Assembly (NCBI GenBank): GCA_965205025.1
Contig: CBDBFU010000013.1
Coordinates: forward strand, 64,001-128,000
Length of the DNA stretch: 64,000 nucleotides
Source: Candidatus Poribacteria bacterium
GTDB taxonomy: Bacteria > Poribacteria > WGA-4E > WGA-3G
Reading direction: 5' to 3'
Position numbers and translations under genes: made by a program. Within the stretch, counting starts at the first letter, position 1. Each line of letters starts with the position of its first letter. Below the pieces are notes generated by a model. That model had not been told where the DNA came from and ran no database searches. It was given only the letters and a program-made list of their open reading frames with translations. Below are positions 43,769-53,851 of this stretch, in pieces.

Positions 43769-46200
43769 TCCTCTTTTAAACCTCTGCGTAATCGGAATGG
43801 ATCACTATTGACAATTTGTGATATAAGTACGGAACTCCTATAATCATTCTCTTCAAGAACTGAAACAATTTTGTCAACAGTAGGCTTATCATAGTATTCT
43901 AAACCCCGTCCCAATGCATAGGTCAGCATCTTCTCGGTTATACATTGTATGAACTGTTGTTTTTCACCTTTTAGAATTTTCTTTAGGTCGTTAATACCTG
44001 TGAATGAAGTACCATCTGAGAATTGTCCGGTGGTGTCAATCTCTAATTCTCCATCCTTTGTCCTATATTTCCCAATTGCATCATAGTTTTCCATTGCGAA
44101 TCCAATTGGATCCATTTTAGCGTGGCAGTTTGCACATGAAGGGTCTTCTCTATGTTGTTCAAGTCTTTCTCGTAGCGTTGTACCTGTAATTTTCTCATGA
44201 TCTTCATCTAATTCAGGAACATCTGGTGGGGGTGGTGGAGGTGGTGTGCCAAGGATTTGCTCCAAAACCCATCTACCCCTTTTAACTGGTGATGTTCGAG
44301 TAGGATTAGAGGTTGCCGTAAGTATGCTTGCTTGTGTTAGAATCCCTCCACGTTCAGGATTATTGAAGGAAACACGTCTAAAAGTATTACCCTTAATTTC
44401 CTTACCATTTTCATCACGCCAGATTCCGTAATGACCAGCTAAACGTTGATTTAGGTATGTGTAATCCGTATCCAGAATATCCAGTAGACTACGATCCTCT
44501 CGGAAAATTGATGCTAAGAATAACTTTGTTTCTTTATACATGTCTGCTTGTAGTTTAGGATTAAATGCAGGAAATCGTTCAGGATCAGGAGTAACGGTAT
44601 CCAGACGTTGGATTTGTAACCACTGTATGCCAAAGTTAGTTGCTAATATATCTGCTTTAGGATCACTAAGCATACGTTTAACCTGCTGGTCAAGTGATGA
44701 GCTTAATTGTCCATTCTCAGCGAGATCAAGAAGTTCATCATCTGGTAAACTACTCCAAATGAAGTAGGAGAGTCGTGATGCAAGATGAAATTCATCAATT
44801 GGAATTATATCTTCACTGACTGCAGTATCATCCAATTCTAAACGAAATAGGAATTTAGGTGAACAGAGAATTACTTTAATTGCTTGTTGAATCGCGGCTT
44901 CCCATTTAGTTCCATCTGCTTGTATAGTTTCAACATATTGTACAAGTTGTTCAATCTCATTCTCTGTCGGTGTACGTCGATATGCTTTCCGTAAAAGACG
45001 AGTTAAGACTTCACGTGTCTGTTCTACTTGAGGGATGTCTGGTGTGCAGGCTAATATCTTGAGTTGTGTTTTTGGTCTTGTGTCTAATGGTCCTTCAGAC
45101 CAAATTGTACGTACATACAGTTTTATATCCTGATTATCTTCTGCAGATTTTATCATTGCCATACCTGCACTTTGGATATTTGGAATTCGACTGACAAGAA
45201 ATTCAATAGTTTGATTATTATCCTTATCACTCTCTACAATATCAAAAATCTTCAATACCTTAATATTAGTATTAGATCCTGTATTTAAACCAACTAATTG
45301 ACTTAATTCCTCTTCTGTGGAAACATCCTCCAGATTATCACCTTGTATAAATAATGCCACCTTTTCTGTTGATTCACTTGACTTTTCAGCGTAGAATGTT
45401 GCCCTTAGATATGTCTCTTCATCTGGGAGCAGTTTTAGATATGCTGCATCTGTTGTAAATGGTCCTGACTTCCATTGTTCTGGTGCAGTTGGATCAAGTA
45501 AACGGTACCTTCTATTAGGCACATCATCATGTTGAGGATGAAGTTGTTTTATTCCTCTATAATGTTTTGCTGGTCTCGGAGGATTGACTAATATTACTCG
45601 AGTAACTATTGCTTCTGCTGCCTCAAGATATCGTTCCATTAAAAGAGGAGACATTGATAATACATCCGCAATATTATCAAATCCATGTCCTACATCATCA
45701 TCGGGAAAATTCTCTGTTGGATCGAAATCTACACCTAATAAATCTCTTACACTGTTTGTATATTCGAGTTTATTAAGACGTCGTGCAGTGATTTTCCCTG
45801 GATCGGGTTTTGAATAAAGGACAGCATCATCAAAAACGGATTGTATATGTTGAATAAATGACTCTGTCTCTTCAATTTTTGGCTGATCATTTCCTGGAGG
45901 TGGCATCTGGTCTATACTGACCATGTCTACGACTCTTTCCCACACATCGAAATTCTGAATGATAGATTGATTATCTTTGTATATATCAAGCGATAGACCT
46001 GCTTCAGGTTGATCTCCTGCATGGCAACCATAACAATATTTTTCTACAAATTGAATACCTTCTTTTGCAAAATCCGCTTTCTTTTTTTCACCTATACTAA
46101 ATTTTAAACTAAAACACGAAAGTAGTATAATTAAGAAAAGAAAGGATATTACATTCTTAAAAAAAGTGTTTGAATTACTCATTATAAAATACTTATTCAT
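43765..46200 (-). CDS. Planctomycete-type cytochrome c / DUF1587-1595-1592-1588-1585 protein
   Basis: CYGCH heme motif, RRLNKLEYTNSVRDLLG, LASRLSYFIWSSLPD, TSPVKRGRWV, CANCH and EKMLTYALGR. Confidence 0.92.
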   Translation of the reverse strand: MNKYFIMSNSNTFFKNVISFLFLIILLSCFSLKFSIGEKKKADFAKEGIQFVEKYCYGCHAGDQPEAGLSLDIYKDNQSIIQNFDVWERVVDMVSIDQMPPPGNDQPKIEETESFIQHIQSVFDDAVLYSKPDPGKITARRLNKLEYTNSVRDLLGVDFDPTENFPDDDVGHGFDNIADVLSMSPLLMERYLEAAEAIVTRVILVNPPRPAKHYRGIKQLHPQHDDVPNRRYRLLDPTAPEQWKSGPFTTDAAYLKLLPDEETYLRATFYAEKSSESTEKVALFIQGDNLEDVSTEEELSQLVGLNTGSNTNIKVLKIFDIVESDKDNNQTIEFLVSRIPNIQSAGMAMIKSAEDNQDIKLYVRTIWSEGPLDTRPKTQLKILACTPDIPQVEQTREVLTRLLRKAYRRTPTENEIEQLVQYVETIQADGTKWEAAIQQAIKVILCSPKFLFRLELDDTAVSEDIIPIDEFHLASRLSYFIWSSLPDDELLDLAENGQLSSSLDQQVKRMLSDPKADILATNFGIQWLQIQRLDTVTPDPERFPAFNPKLQADMYKETKLFLASIFREDRSLLDILDTDYTYLNQRLAGHYGIWRDENGKEIKGNTFRRVSFNNPERGGILTQASILTATSNPTRTSPVKRGRWVLEQILGTPPPPPPPDVPELDEDHEKITGTTLRERLEQHREDPSCANCHAKMDPIGFAMENYDAIGKYRTKDGELEIDTTGQFSDGTSFTGINDLKKILKGEKQQFIQCITEKMLTYALGRGLEYYDKPTVDKIVSVLEENDYRSSVLISQIVNSDPFRLRRGLKED

Positions 46201-46328
46201 AATAGTATTGACGACTTGTGCTAATTACGCAGCAGTTTTGTTGTCTTTCACAACTGTTCATATTCTGTGGGAGCGATCTCCGAATCGCCACCCGTATGTA
46301 TTCGCTGGTGATTCATGGTAAAACAATG

Positions 46329-46668
46329 CTTGAGTTGAGAATAAGCCGGATTCTGTATATGATGATCATTCATCTGGGATTAATGTTACCATTAACCTCA
46401 AGCGGCTACCCGGAGACGAGACGGGCACACCTTTAAAAATCCCCGTTTTACCTTGCTCCAGATGGGGTTTACCAAGCACCATAAGTCACCCTATGGTCTG
46501 GTGTGCTTTTACCACACCGTTTCACCTGTACAACGTTGTACCGTTGTAGTCTACTTTCTGTTGCACTTTCCATAGCGTTACCGCTCCTGGGGATTACCCA
46601 GCATCCTGCCCTGCGGAGTCCGGACTTTCCTCATTCCAATTGGAACGCGACCATCTACTCAACTCAAG
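46329..46668 (-). ncRNA. rnpB: RNase P RNA (bacterial type A)
   Basis: Minus strand has GAGGAAAGTCCGGACTC near the 5' end and ACAGAATCCGGCTTA near the 3' end; terminal P1 helix CTTGAGTTGAG/CTCAACTCAAG. Confidence 0.95.
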
Positions 46669-46782
46669 TCATTATAAGATAACATAATTAAGCTGTAATT
46701 GGCAATATTCATCAAGTCTAAATTTGTAATTCAATACTGTATATGTAGAGTTCGTATCAGCAATAACAGGAATGTACTTTAT

Positions 46783-47872
46783 CAGGACTTACGCAAAATT
46801 ACAAAATGTGTTATTCTTATTGATTATGAACACATTTACACATTCTAAAAAGAAGCAAGACTTATTTTCCGATTATTGTCAATATTTGTTTTCAAGTTTC
46901 ACTAATTTTACACAAACTTATTTTGCTAAACATACAGACCGTTGGAGCCACGATCAACTCAATCGCTTTCTGAGAGACGAAAACATTCCTACAAGTGAAC
47001 TCTGGGCATCCGTCAAAGACGACATCGACTTTGATGAAGAAGGATACCTGATTTTTGATGATGTTGTGCTGTCAAAAATACATTCTAAACGGATTGAAAT
47101 AGTACGCTCTCAATGGAGTGGTAGTGACAGAAAGGTGATTCAAGGTATCGGTATTGTCACCTGTCTCTATGTCAACCCTAAGACACAGGAATATTGGGTC
47201 ATTGATTACCGTATTTTTGACAGAGATCATGACGGTAAAACCAAAATCGATCATTTATTGGATATGTTGCACGATGCTTATTCTAAGAAACAACTCCCAT
47301 TCCGGACAGTCTTGATGGACTCTTGGTATGCGTCCATGAAAGTGATGAAAGCGATTGATAGACTTTCTAAGATCTATTATGTTCCGTTGAAACGAAACCG
47401 TCTTGTGAATGATACCAAAGGTGTAGAACCTCACAAGGCAGTCAAAGATCTATCTTGGTCTCAAGCAGAAAAGAAAAGCGGTAAACGCGTACATCTCAAA
47501 AACTTTCCGAAAGGTTCTGTCGTAAAGTTATTCCGGTTTGTGTCTGATACCGGACGCACGGAATATATAGTGACAAACGATTTGACACAATCAAATGTGG
47601 ATATGACTCACCAAAAGTGTCGTCTCCGTTGGAAGATTGAACTCCTTCATCGTGAGATGAAACAAGTAACCGGTATTGGTAAATGCCAATGTCGTAAGGT
47701 GCGTGCCCAGAGAAATCATATTGCGTGTAGTTTCCAAGTATGGGTCTTTATGACGCGTGTTGTACGTGCTGTTGGACAAAAGATTTACAAGTTTAAAGAT
47801 GGTTTATTGAGTGATTACTTAAAACATCAACTCTCAAATCCTTCAATAAAATTTAAAACTGCGTAAGTCCTG
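46783..47872 (+). mobile_element. IS701-family insertion sequence (~1.09 kb)
   Basis: Perfect 13-bp TIRs CAGGACTTACGCA (46783-46795) and TGCGTAAGTCCTG (47860-47872); flanking 5-bp direct repeat TTTAT (46778-46782 and 47873-47877). Confidence 0.9.
46826..47866 (+). CDS. DDE transposase, IS701/IS4-like
   Basis: SHDQLNRFL, LIFDD, LMDSWYA and RWKIELLHREMKQVTGIGKCQCRKVRAQRNHI; the stop codon lies inside the right TIR. Confidence 0.9.
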   Translation: MNTFTHSKKKQDLFSDYCQYLFSSFTNFTQTYFAKHTDRWSHDQLNRFLRDENIPTSELWASVKDDIDFDEEGYLIFDDVVLSKIHSKRIEIVRSQWSGSDRKVIQGIGIVTCLYVNPKTQEYWVIDYRIFDRDHDGKTKIDHLLDMLHDAYSKKQLPFRTVLMDSWYASMKVMKAIDRLSKIYYVPLKRNRLVNDTKGVEPHKAVKDLSWSQAEKKSGKRVHLKNFPKGSVVKLFRFVSDTGRTEYIVTNDLTQSNVDMTHQKCRLRWKIELLHREMKQVTGIGKCQCRKVRAQRNHIACSFQVWVFMTRVVRAVGQKIYKFKDGLLSDYLKHQLSNPSIKFKTA

Positions 47873-47898
47873 TTTATTTTAAATTACATTAAAAAGAA

Positions 47899-47956
47899 CA
47901 GGACTTACAAAACAGAAATAAAAGTGTTGAACACTTAGTCTGTAATGTAAGTCCTT
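47899..47956. mobile_element. MITE-like remnant with IS701-type ends
   Basis: CAGGACTTACA...TGTAAGTCCT ends about 57 bp apart; no clean TSD. Confidence 0.55.
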
Positions 47957-47973
47957 AGATTCAACAGAATGAT

Positions 47974-50900
47974 TTATGAACATCCACTTGTAGCGCCACA
48001 ATTAGTGCAGCGATAACATATTCCACTGCGAATCATAAGTGTGCCACATTCATGACAAGGTGGTGCATCCCCGTGTCGGAGTGTGATCATTTTCTCATGG
48101 TCTGCCCATGGATTTGATTCACCGTTGTTCCCATGGGGTTCTGGTAGTGTGTCTTCAGGTAGAGCTATCTGTTCGTCTAATCCAATGGCATCAGTTGACA
48201 ACTCATGGCCGTCCCTCGGTAGGAATTCCTTTCCAAGCCAACGGAACACATAATCAACGATTGACTTTGCCATAGGAATATCTGGATCTTGTGTAAATCC
48301 TGATGGGTCAAACCGTACATGACTAAACTTATCTACCAATGACTCTAACGGAACACCATATTGAAGTGCTACAGAAATGAGGATAGCAATTGAGTCCATC
48401 AGACCGGAAATTGTTGATCCTTGCTTACTCATTGTCAGGAATACTTCACCCGGTGTATCATCTTCAAAGAAACCAACATGCATGTATCCTTCATGACCAC
48501 CAACGCTGAATTTATGTGTGATAGAGTTTCTTTTATCAGGGAGACGTCTCCGTACTGGAAGGGCAACGGTCTCCTCTTCCGTATCCTGCGTAGTACTGGT
48601 AGAAAGGGGTTGACTTCCTTTACTTCCATCACGGTATATAGCGAGACACTTCACACCGAGTCGCCATGCTTCTACATAGAGTTCCTTGATATCATCAACT
48701 GTCGCATCGTTTGGCACATTAACAGTTTTTGAGATCGCCCCTGAAATAAAAGGTTGTACAGCAGCCATTAATTTCAACGGACCCATATGATGGATAAAAC
48801 GGGTTCCATGTTTTCCTGATTGAACTGCACAATCAAATACAGGATAATGTTCAGTAGATAGATGTGGTGCACCTTCAATTGTTCCTGTACCACAAATCAT
48901 CTCTTCAGCATAAGCAATTTCACTGGCATTAAATCCAAGATATGCAAGGAGATTAAAATTTGGATCATCCGCTTTATCTGTGGAGATACCTAAGCGTGAA
49001 AGACATTTCTCTCCAAGAAAACCTGGGGCAAAAGCAAGATTAAGATCAAAGGAACTTGGCAGCATCTCTTCTACATGCTCAATATCCTCATCAGTAAATC
49101 CTTTATACTTAAGAGATTCAGGATTTATATAAGGTGTTCCTTCAAGTGTTCCAGTACCAACGATATGCGTTACAATTTCCTCAATATGTTGTGAACTATA
49201 ACCGAGTTTCTGTAATGCATCACGAACACTTTGATTGACAATCTTGATATATCCACCACCGGCTAACTTCTTGAATTTAACAAGAGCGAACTCAGGTTCA
49301 ATGCCGGTTGTATCACAATCCATGAGAAGAGCGATGGTACCTGTCGGGGCGATAACACTGATTTGCGAGTTCCGATATCCCCACTGTTCACCGTTCTGTA
49401 AACAGGTATCCCAATCCTCGCGTGCTGCTTTTAATAGATCTGTCGGACAAGTAGTTGCATCTATCTTATATGCAGCATCACGGTGCATCTTAATTACACC
49501 CAACATAGACTCAGTATTTTTCTCATATCCAGCAAATGCACCGATACTTTTTGCAATTTCTGAACTTGTCTGGTATCCTTTACCACTCAAAATAGCCGTA
49601 ATCGCGCCAGCATAACTGCAGGCTTCGGCACTATCATAGGGAATTCCTAAACGCATTAGGAGTGCACCCAAGTTGGCAAATCCAAGTCCAAGGGGACGAT
49701 ATTCATGTGATCGTCTGGCAATTTTGGGTGTTGGATATGAAGATAGATCCACGATAATCTCCATTGCCGTGATGAATACCTTTACAGTTGCTCTGAATCC
49801 ATCTATATCAAATGAACCATCATCATTCAGGTATTTAACAAGATTAATACTTGCTAAATTACATGCAGAATCATCTAAGAAAAGATATTCACTACAAGGA
49901 TTACTTGCATAAATCCGATCACTCTCTTTACAAGTATGCCAAGTTTGAATTGTATCATCGAATTGAACCCCTGGATCGGCACATGCCCATGCGGCATCAG
50001 CGATTTTCTGCATTAATTCCTTTGCTTCATATTCTTCTGCCACTTCACCTGAGACTCGGTAAGTTGTTTGCCATTTATTCCCGTCTAAGTAAGCATCCAT
50101 GAAGACATCAGGAATTCGTACTGAGTTATTACTGTTCTGTCCACTAACCGTACCATAGGCTTCTCCATTAAAGTCTGATGGGTAACCTGCAGCGATTAAT
50201 GTTTTTGCCTTTTCTTCTTCCTTCATTTTCCAGTCGATATAATCAACGATTTCAGGATGGTCCATATCCAAGATGACCATTTTGGCTGCTCGTCTTGTTG
50301 TTCCTCCTGACTTAATACTACCTGCCCACCTATCAAAACCTTCTAAAAAAGATATTACGCCAGAACTCTCACCACCACTTGATAGATGTTCACCTTTGGC
50401 TCGTACACGACTAAAATTAGATCCGGTACCACTACCATATTTAAATAGTCTTACTTCAGACTTTTGGAGATCAAGCATTGAATCAAGTGTATCATCCACA
50501 CTTTGAATAAAACATGCTGAGTTTTGTGGATGCTCGTAGGCATTTTGCGTTATATTAACTTTTCTTTCTTCTTTGTCCCAATAATAGTTGCCACCAGCCC
50601 CTTTGATATCATATTCATGCCATAACCCACAGTTAAACCATACTGGGGAATTGAAAGCCCCATGTTGATTAACAAGGATATGTGTCAACTCCATTTCGAA
50701 TGTATCTGCATCTTCTGTTGATGCGAAATATCCCCCGAATTCTTCACCCGCACGTCGAAGTGTACGTGCCACACGTGTTACTAATTGTCGAACACTACTT
50801 TCAGATTCTATATCAGGAACACCAGCTTTTCTAAAATATTTTGAGGAAGCGATGTCTGTTGCGAGTTGAGTCCAAAAATTGGGAACTTCAACTTGATCTT

Positions 50901-51081
50901 GTTTGAAAATCACATTACCTTTTTCATTGTAAATTGCAGAATCACGTCGTTCCCATTCAATCCCGTCGAAGGGGTGTACGTCGGGTTTAGTAAAGTGACG
51001 ATCAAAGGTGAGACCTGTTCCATCACCATCTGTTGGATCGTTTATCGCTTCATCATTATCTCTGAGATTATCTTCTGCCAT
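47974..51081 (-). CDS. nrdJ: Adenosylcobalamin-dependent (class II) ribonucleotide reductase with C-terminal TSCPD and zinc-ribbon regions
   Basis: FNSPVWFN, SACFI, GGTTRRAAKM, ASNPCSEY, CNLASIN, IAPTGT, ISKTVN and C-terminal CHECG...CTNCGATSGCS. Confidence 0.93.
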   Translation of the reverse strand: MAEDNLRDNDEAINDPTDGDGTGLTFDRHFTKPDVHPFDGIEWERRDSAIYNEKGNVIFKQDQVEVPNFWTQLATDIASSKYFRKAGVPDIESESSVRQLVTRVARTLRRAGEEFGGYFASTEDADTFEMELTHILVNQHGAFNSPVWFNCGLWHEYDIKGAGGNYYWDKEERKVNITQNAYEHPQNSACFIQSVDDTLDSMLDLQKSEVRLFKYGSGTGSNFSRVRAKGEHLSSGGESSGVISFLEGFDRWAGSIKSGGTTRRAAKMVILDMDHPEIVDYIDWKMKEEEKAKTLIAAGYPSDFNGEAYGTVSGQNSNNSVRIPDVFMDAYLDGNKWQTTYRVSGEVAEEYEAKELMQKIADAAWACADPGVQFDDTIQTWHTCKESDRIYASNPCSEYLFLDDSACNLASINLVKYLNDDGSFDIDGFRATVKVFITAMEIIVDLSSYPTPKIARRSHEYRPLGLGFANLGALLMRLGIPYDSAEACSYAGAITAILSGKGYQTSSEIAKSIGAFAGYEKNTESMLGVIKMHRDAAYKIDATTCPTDLLKAAREDWDTCLQNGEQWGYRNSQISVIAPTGTIALLMDCDTTGIEPEFALVKFKKLAGGGYIKIVNQSVRDALQKLGYSSQHIEEIVTHIVGTGTLEGTPYINPESLKYKGFTDEDIEHVEEMLPSSFDLNLAFAPGFLGEKCLSRLGISTDKADDPNFNLLAYLGFNASEIAYAEEMICGTGTIEGAPHLSTEHYPVFDCAVQSGKHGTRFIHHMGPLKLMAAVQPFISGAISKTVNVPNDATVDDIKELYVEAWRLGVKCLAIYRDGSKGSQPLSTSTTQDTEEETVALPVRRRLPDKRNSITHKFSVGGHEGYMHVGFFEDDTPGEVFLTMSKQGSTISGLMDSIAILISVALQYGVPLESLVDKFSHVRFDPSGFTQDPDIPMAKSIVDYVFRWLGKEFLPRDGHELSTDAIGLDEQIALPEDTLPEPHGNNGESNPWADHEKMITLRHGDAPPCHECGTLMIRSGICYRCTNCGATSGCS

Positions 51082-51609
51082 GATTGCCTCCTTTTGTCAA
51101 TTCTACCATATTTAAAATAATTAAATCAATCTAAACTTGTCAATTTTTTCATAATTAAAATATACTATTTTAAAACTGCCTTTCAATGAAAAATATAATT
51201 CTTGGAATGAATATAGATCTGACAAAACGTCATCCAACTAATTCAAAATATGAGTAAATGGAATATTGATCAATTATTATTTTCATTAATTACAACGTTC
51301 AAAAATGTAATATATCTTCAAATAGTTTGAAATTTCTGAATTACCTTCATATCTATAGTGTATTACTGTTTTGTTAAATAGTTTTATTGTCACTAATTGT
51401 CTGTAGATGGATAAAGAGAGTATTCATTTATGATGGTCAGGGTCAGCATATTTGAGTAAGCTATATAAAGGAAATTACTATTCAATTCAGTTGGATCTAC
51501 ATATTCCCGACTCTTTCTTCCTTTTTCTATATGCGGTGTTTTCGCTCCCTGCTCTTCTCTTCTGTAGGAGGGAACTCAGATCCACAATTTTTGTACCACA
51601 AACTTTATG

Positions 51610-51819
51610 AAGATTAATTTTTAATTTCGGTAATTTTGTTTTTTGTGCTATCCTCTTGTTCAAGGAGGTATTTATTCATGGCAAAACATCATAAACTTGA
51701 ACTCAGCGAAACTGAACGACAAAAACTCGTTGAACTCCGTGATAAAGGCGAACCGAATTATCTACGGGAACGCGCTGCTGCCCTTTTTCGGATTATTACC
51801 GAATTAAAAAATTAATCTT
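51610..51819 (+). mobile_element. Internally deleted IS630-like element (~210 bp)
   Basis: 25-bp imperfect TIRs (23/25) at 51610-51634 and 51795-51819 enclose AAGGAGG plus a 45-codon ORF (51678-51815, MAKHHKLELSETERQKLVELRDKGEPNYLRERAAAL...) resembling IS630 transposase N-termini. Confidence 0.7.
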
Positions 51820-51994
51820 TATTCGGCATTCTCCGTGGTTAGAAACCGAGTCTACCAAGGGAAAAGGATGTTGTATGAAATAAACTGAAAACCTTATGAT
51901 CCGCGATATTCATGACAATACAAAATCCTTGATATATCAAGTAAATGATGGTAAACTAAACCGAAGAGCTGAAATGTAGACTAAGGAGTTACGT

Positions 51995-52585
51995 ATGGCT
52001 GTAGAATATACCAAAACAATTACAGAAGTGATTAAACAATTAGAAGAAGGGAATCCAGTACCAACTCTTGTCCCAAAGAATGCATGGAGTAATGAACTAA
52101 CAGATTCATTGGCAGACCTATCCCTTGAAGATCTATTTCTGGGAAAGCAAGTTAAGGATGATACATACGCAAAGGCGATCAAGAGCGGCTTACTCCTTTG
52201 GAATGATGCCCTGGACGAATCTCACGAAATATCACAAACACTTGGAAATGATACGGGTAGTTATTGGCACGGACTGATGCACCGTCGAGAACCGGACTAT
52301 AGTAATTCAAAGTATTGGTTTGGAAGAGTTGGAGATCATCCCATATTCCCTACGCTTCAAGATCGTGTACTTTCATTGTTTAAAGAAATAGAAAACCCAT
52401 CGGACACCTTATCACAGGTTATCCAAACAATTGAATCTCAAGATAATTGGGATAGTTTCCAGTTTGTTGATTGGTGTGAATCTGCTGAAAAAGATCCTAC
52501 ATCTGATAGTACAGAGTTCCTAAAACAGATACAAGCTGAAGAGATAAAATTATTATTGGCATATTCATATCAAAATGCTATCTGA
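51995..52585 (+). CDS. Conserved hypothetical protein
   Basis: RBS AAGGAG; conserved-looking block LLLWNDALDESHEISQ...GSYWHGLMHRREPDYSNSKYWF. Confidence 0.75.
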   Translation: MAVEYTKTITEVIKQLEEGNPVPTLVPKNAWSNELTDSLADLSLEDLFLGKQVKDDTYAKAIKSGLLLWNDALDESHEISQTLGNDTGSYWHGLMHRREPDYSNSKYWFGRVGDHPIFPTLQDRVLSLFKEIENPSDTLSQVIQTIESQDNWDSFQFVDWCESAEKDPTSDSTEFLKQIQAEEIKLLLAYSYQNAI

Positions 52586-52601
52586 GATAGACTATCTATA
52601 A

Positions 52602-52733
52602 TAGGACTTACGTAGTCTGTGTAGAAAATAGAAGATTTTAGTCAAAAATCCGACAATTAAGTACTTTTTTTATCTTTTAACCCCCTAAATCCCCCTTATC
52701 AAGGGGACTTTAAGAGGTATTGCTTAAGTCTTG
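52602..52733. mobile_element. MITE (132 bp) with IS701-type ends
   Basis: TAGGACTTACGTA...TGCTTAAGTCTTG ends (each 11/13 to the IS701 TIR), flanked by 5-bp direct repeat TATAA (52597-52601 and 52734-52738); internal CCCCTT-ATC-AAGGGG hairpin. Confidence 0.75.
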
Positions 52734-52761
52734 TATAATAGGAATTTTCAAGGAGATTAAG

Positions 52762-53769
52762 ATGATTTCAAATAGTAGAATAGTTATGTTACACGGATGG
52801 TGTTCTTTATTGGCAATTATAGTATTAACATCGTTTGCTGTTTCATGTGTCCCTTCAAGCATAGATACTGCAGGTACTACACCTGTAAGGGCAAGTGAAG
52901 GATATTCGGAGATATTAGAACTTTCAAAACAACTCAATACTACGAGCGATACAGCAACCGCTGAGATGGTAATTGATAAATCTAAATCTTTTATCAAGAC
53001 ACATCCTAAATACGATAAAGTTGATAAAATCTATTTTATCTTAGGATCTGTTTTAGTTGAGTTTGATAGTCCTGAAGAAGGAATTACCGTATTAGAAGAA
53101 TTGATACGCTACTATCCACTTGCACCTTCAGTTGAACCCGGTCTGTTAAATTTGGGAATTGCTTATGATAAATTAAGTAGGCATGACAAAGCAGATGAAA
53201 CCTATTACAAATTGATCAATAACTCGAAATACAATAATGGTCAATATGCAAAGACTGCTAAGACACTTCTTGAAACAGATGTTTCTGACAGAAAGGGATC
53301 TCTTGATGAATTGTCAGATGCATCGACGTCAACTAATTTCATTGATAAAAAGGCGATAGATTTTCAGGTTGTGGATTTAAATGGAGAACCATTATCGTTA
53401 GAGAAATATCGTGGAAAGATAGTACTTCTGGATTTTTGGGCAACATGGTGTCCACCGTGTAGAGCGGAAATGCCCTTTGTAATGAGTACATACCAGAAAT
53501 ATAAGAATCAGAACTTTGAGATAATCGGCATTAGTTTAGATAGAGATTTGAACGAACTTACGACATATTTGGAAACAAATGGAATTACATGGCCTCAATA
53601 TTATGATAATAGGGATCAGATATCAGATTTATATCAAGTACATGCAATACCTACTACTTACTTGATTGATAATAAAGGGATAATACGTTACGCAAACTTA
53701 CGAGGGAATGCACTTGAGAATGCTGTAAGGCAGCTTGTATTAGAAACCAATAGTCCTTATCTTGAATAA
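52762..53769 (+). CDS. TPR + TlpA/redoxin thiol-disulfide oxidoreductase lipoprotein
   Basis: Lipobox FAVSC, TPR-like helices, LLDFWATWCPPC and IPTTYLID. Confidence 0.88.
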   Translation: MISNSRIVMLHGWCSLLAIIVLTSFAVSCVPSSIDTAGTTPVRASEGYSEILELSKQLNTTSDTATAEMVIDKSKSFIKTHPKYDKVDKIYFILGSVLVEFDSPEEGITVLEELIRYYPLAPSVEPGLLNLGIAYDKLSRHDKADETYYKLINNSKYNNGQYAKTAKTLLETDVSDRKGSLDELSDASTSTNFIDKKAIDFQVVDLNGEPLSLEKYRGKIVLLDFWATWCPPCRAEMPFVMSTYQKYKNQNFEIIGISLDRDLNELTTYLETNGITWPQYYDNRDQISDLYQVHAIPTTYLIDNKGIIRYANLRGNALENAVRQLVLETNSPYLE

Positions 53770-53851
53770 AAAATAGAACAGAAATATAGTACGGGTGTTT
53801 AGAGTATATGATTTAAAATAGTTGGTTTTCTTTCAGATTTAGGAGGTTTAG

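Noticed and set aside
46218-46436. 72-aa ORF on the + strand
   Set aside because: Antisense to rnpB and overlapping a REP-like element; no protein-like features.
51345-51362. NrdR box upstream of nrdJ
   Set aside because: Minus-strand ACACTATAGATATG matches only part of the consensus and no second tandem box was seen.
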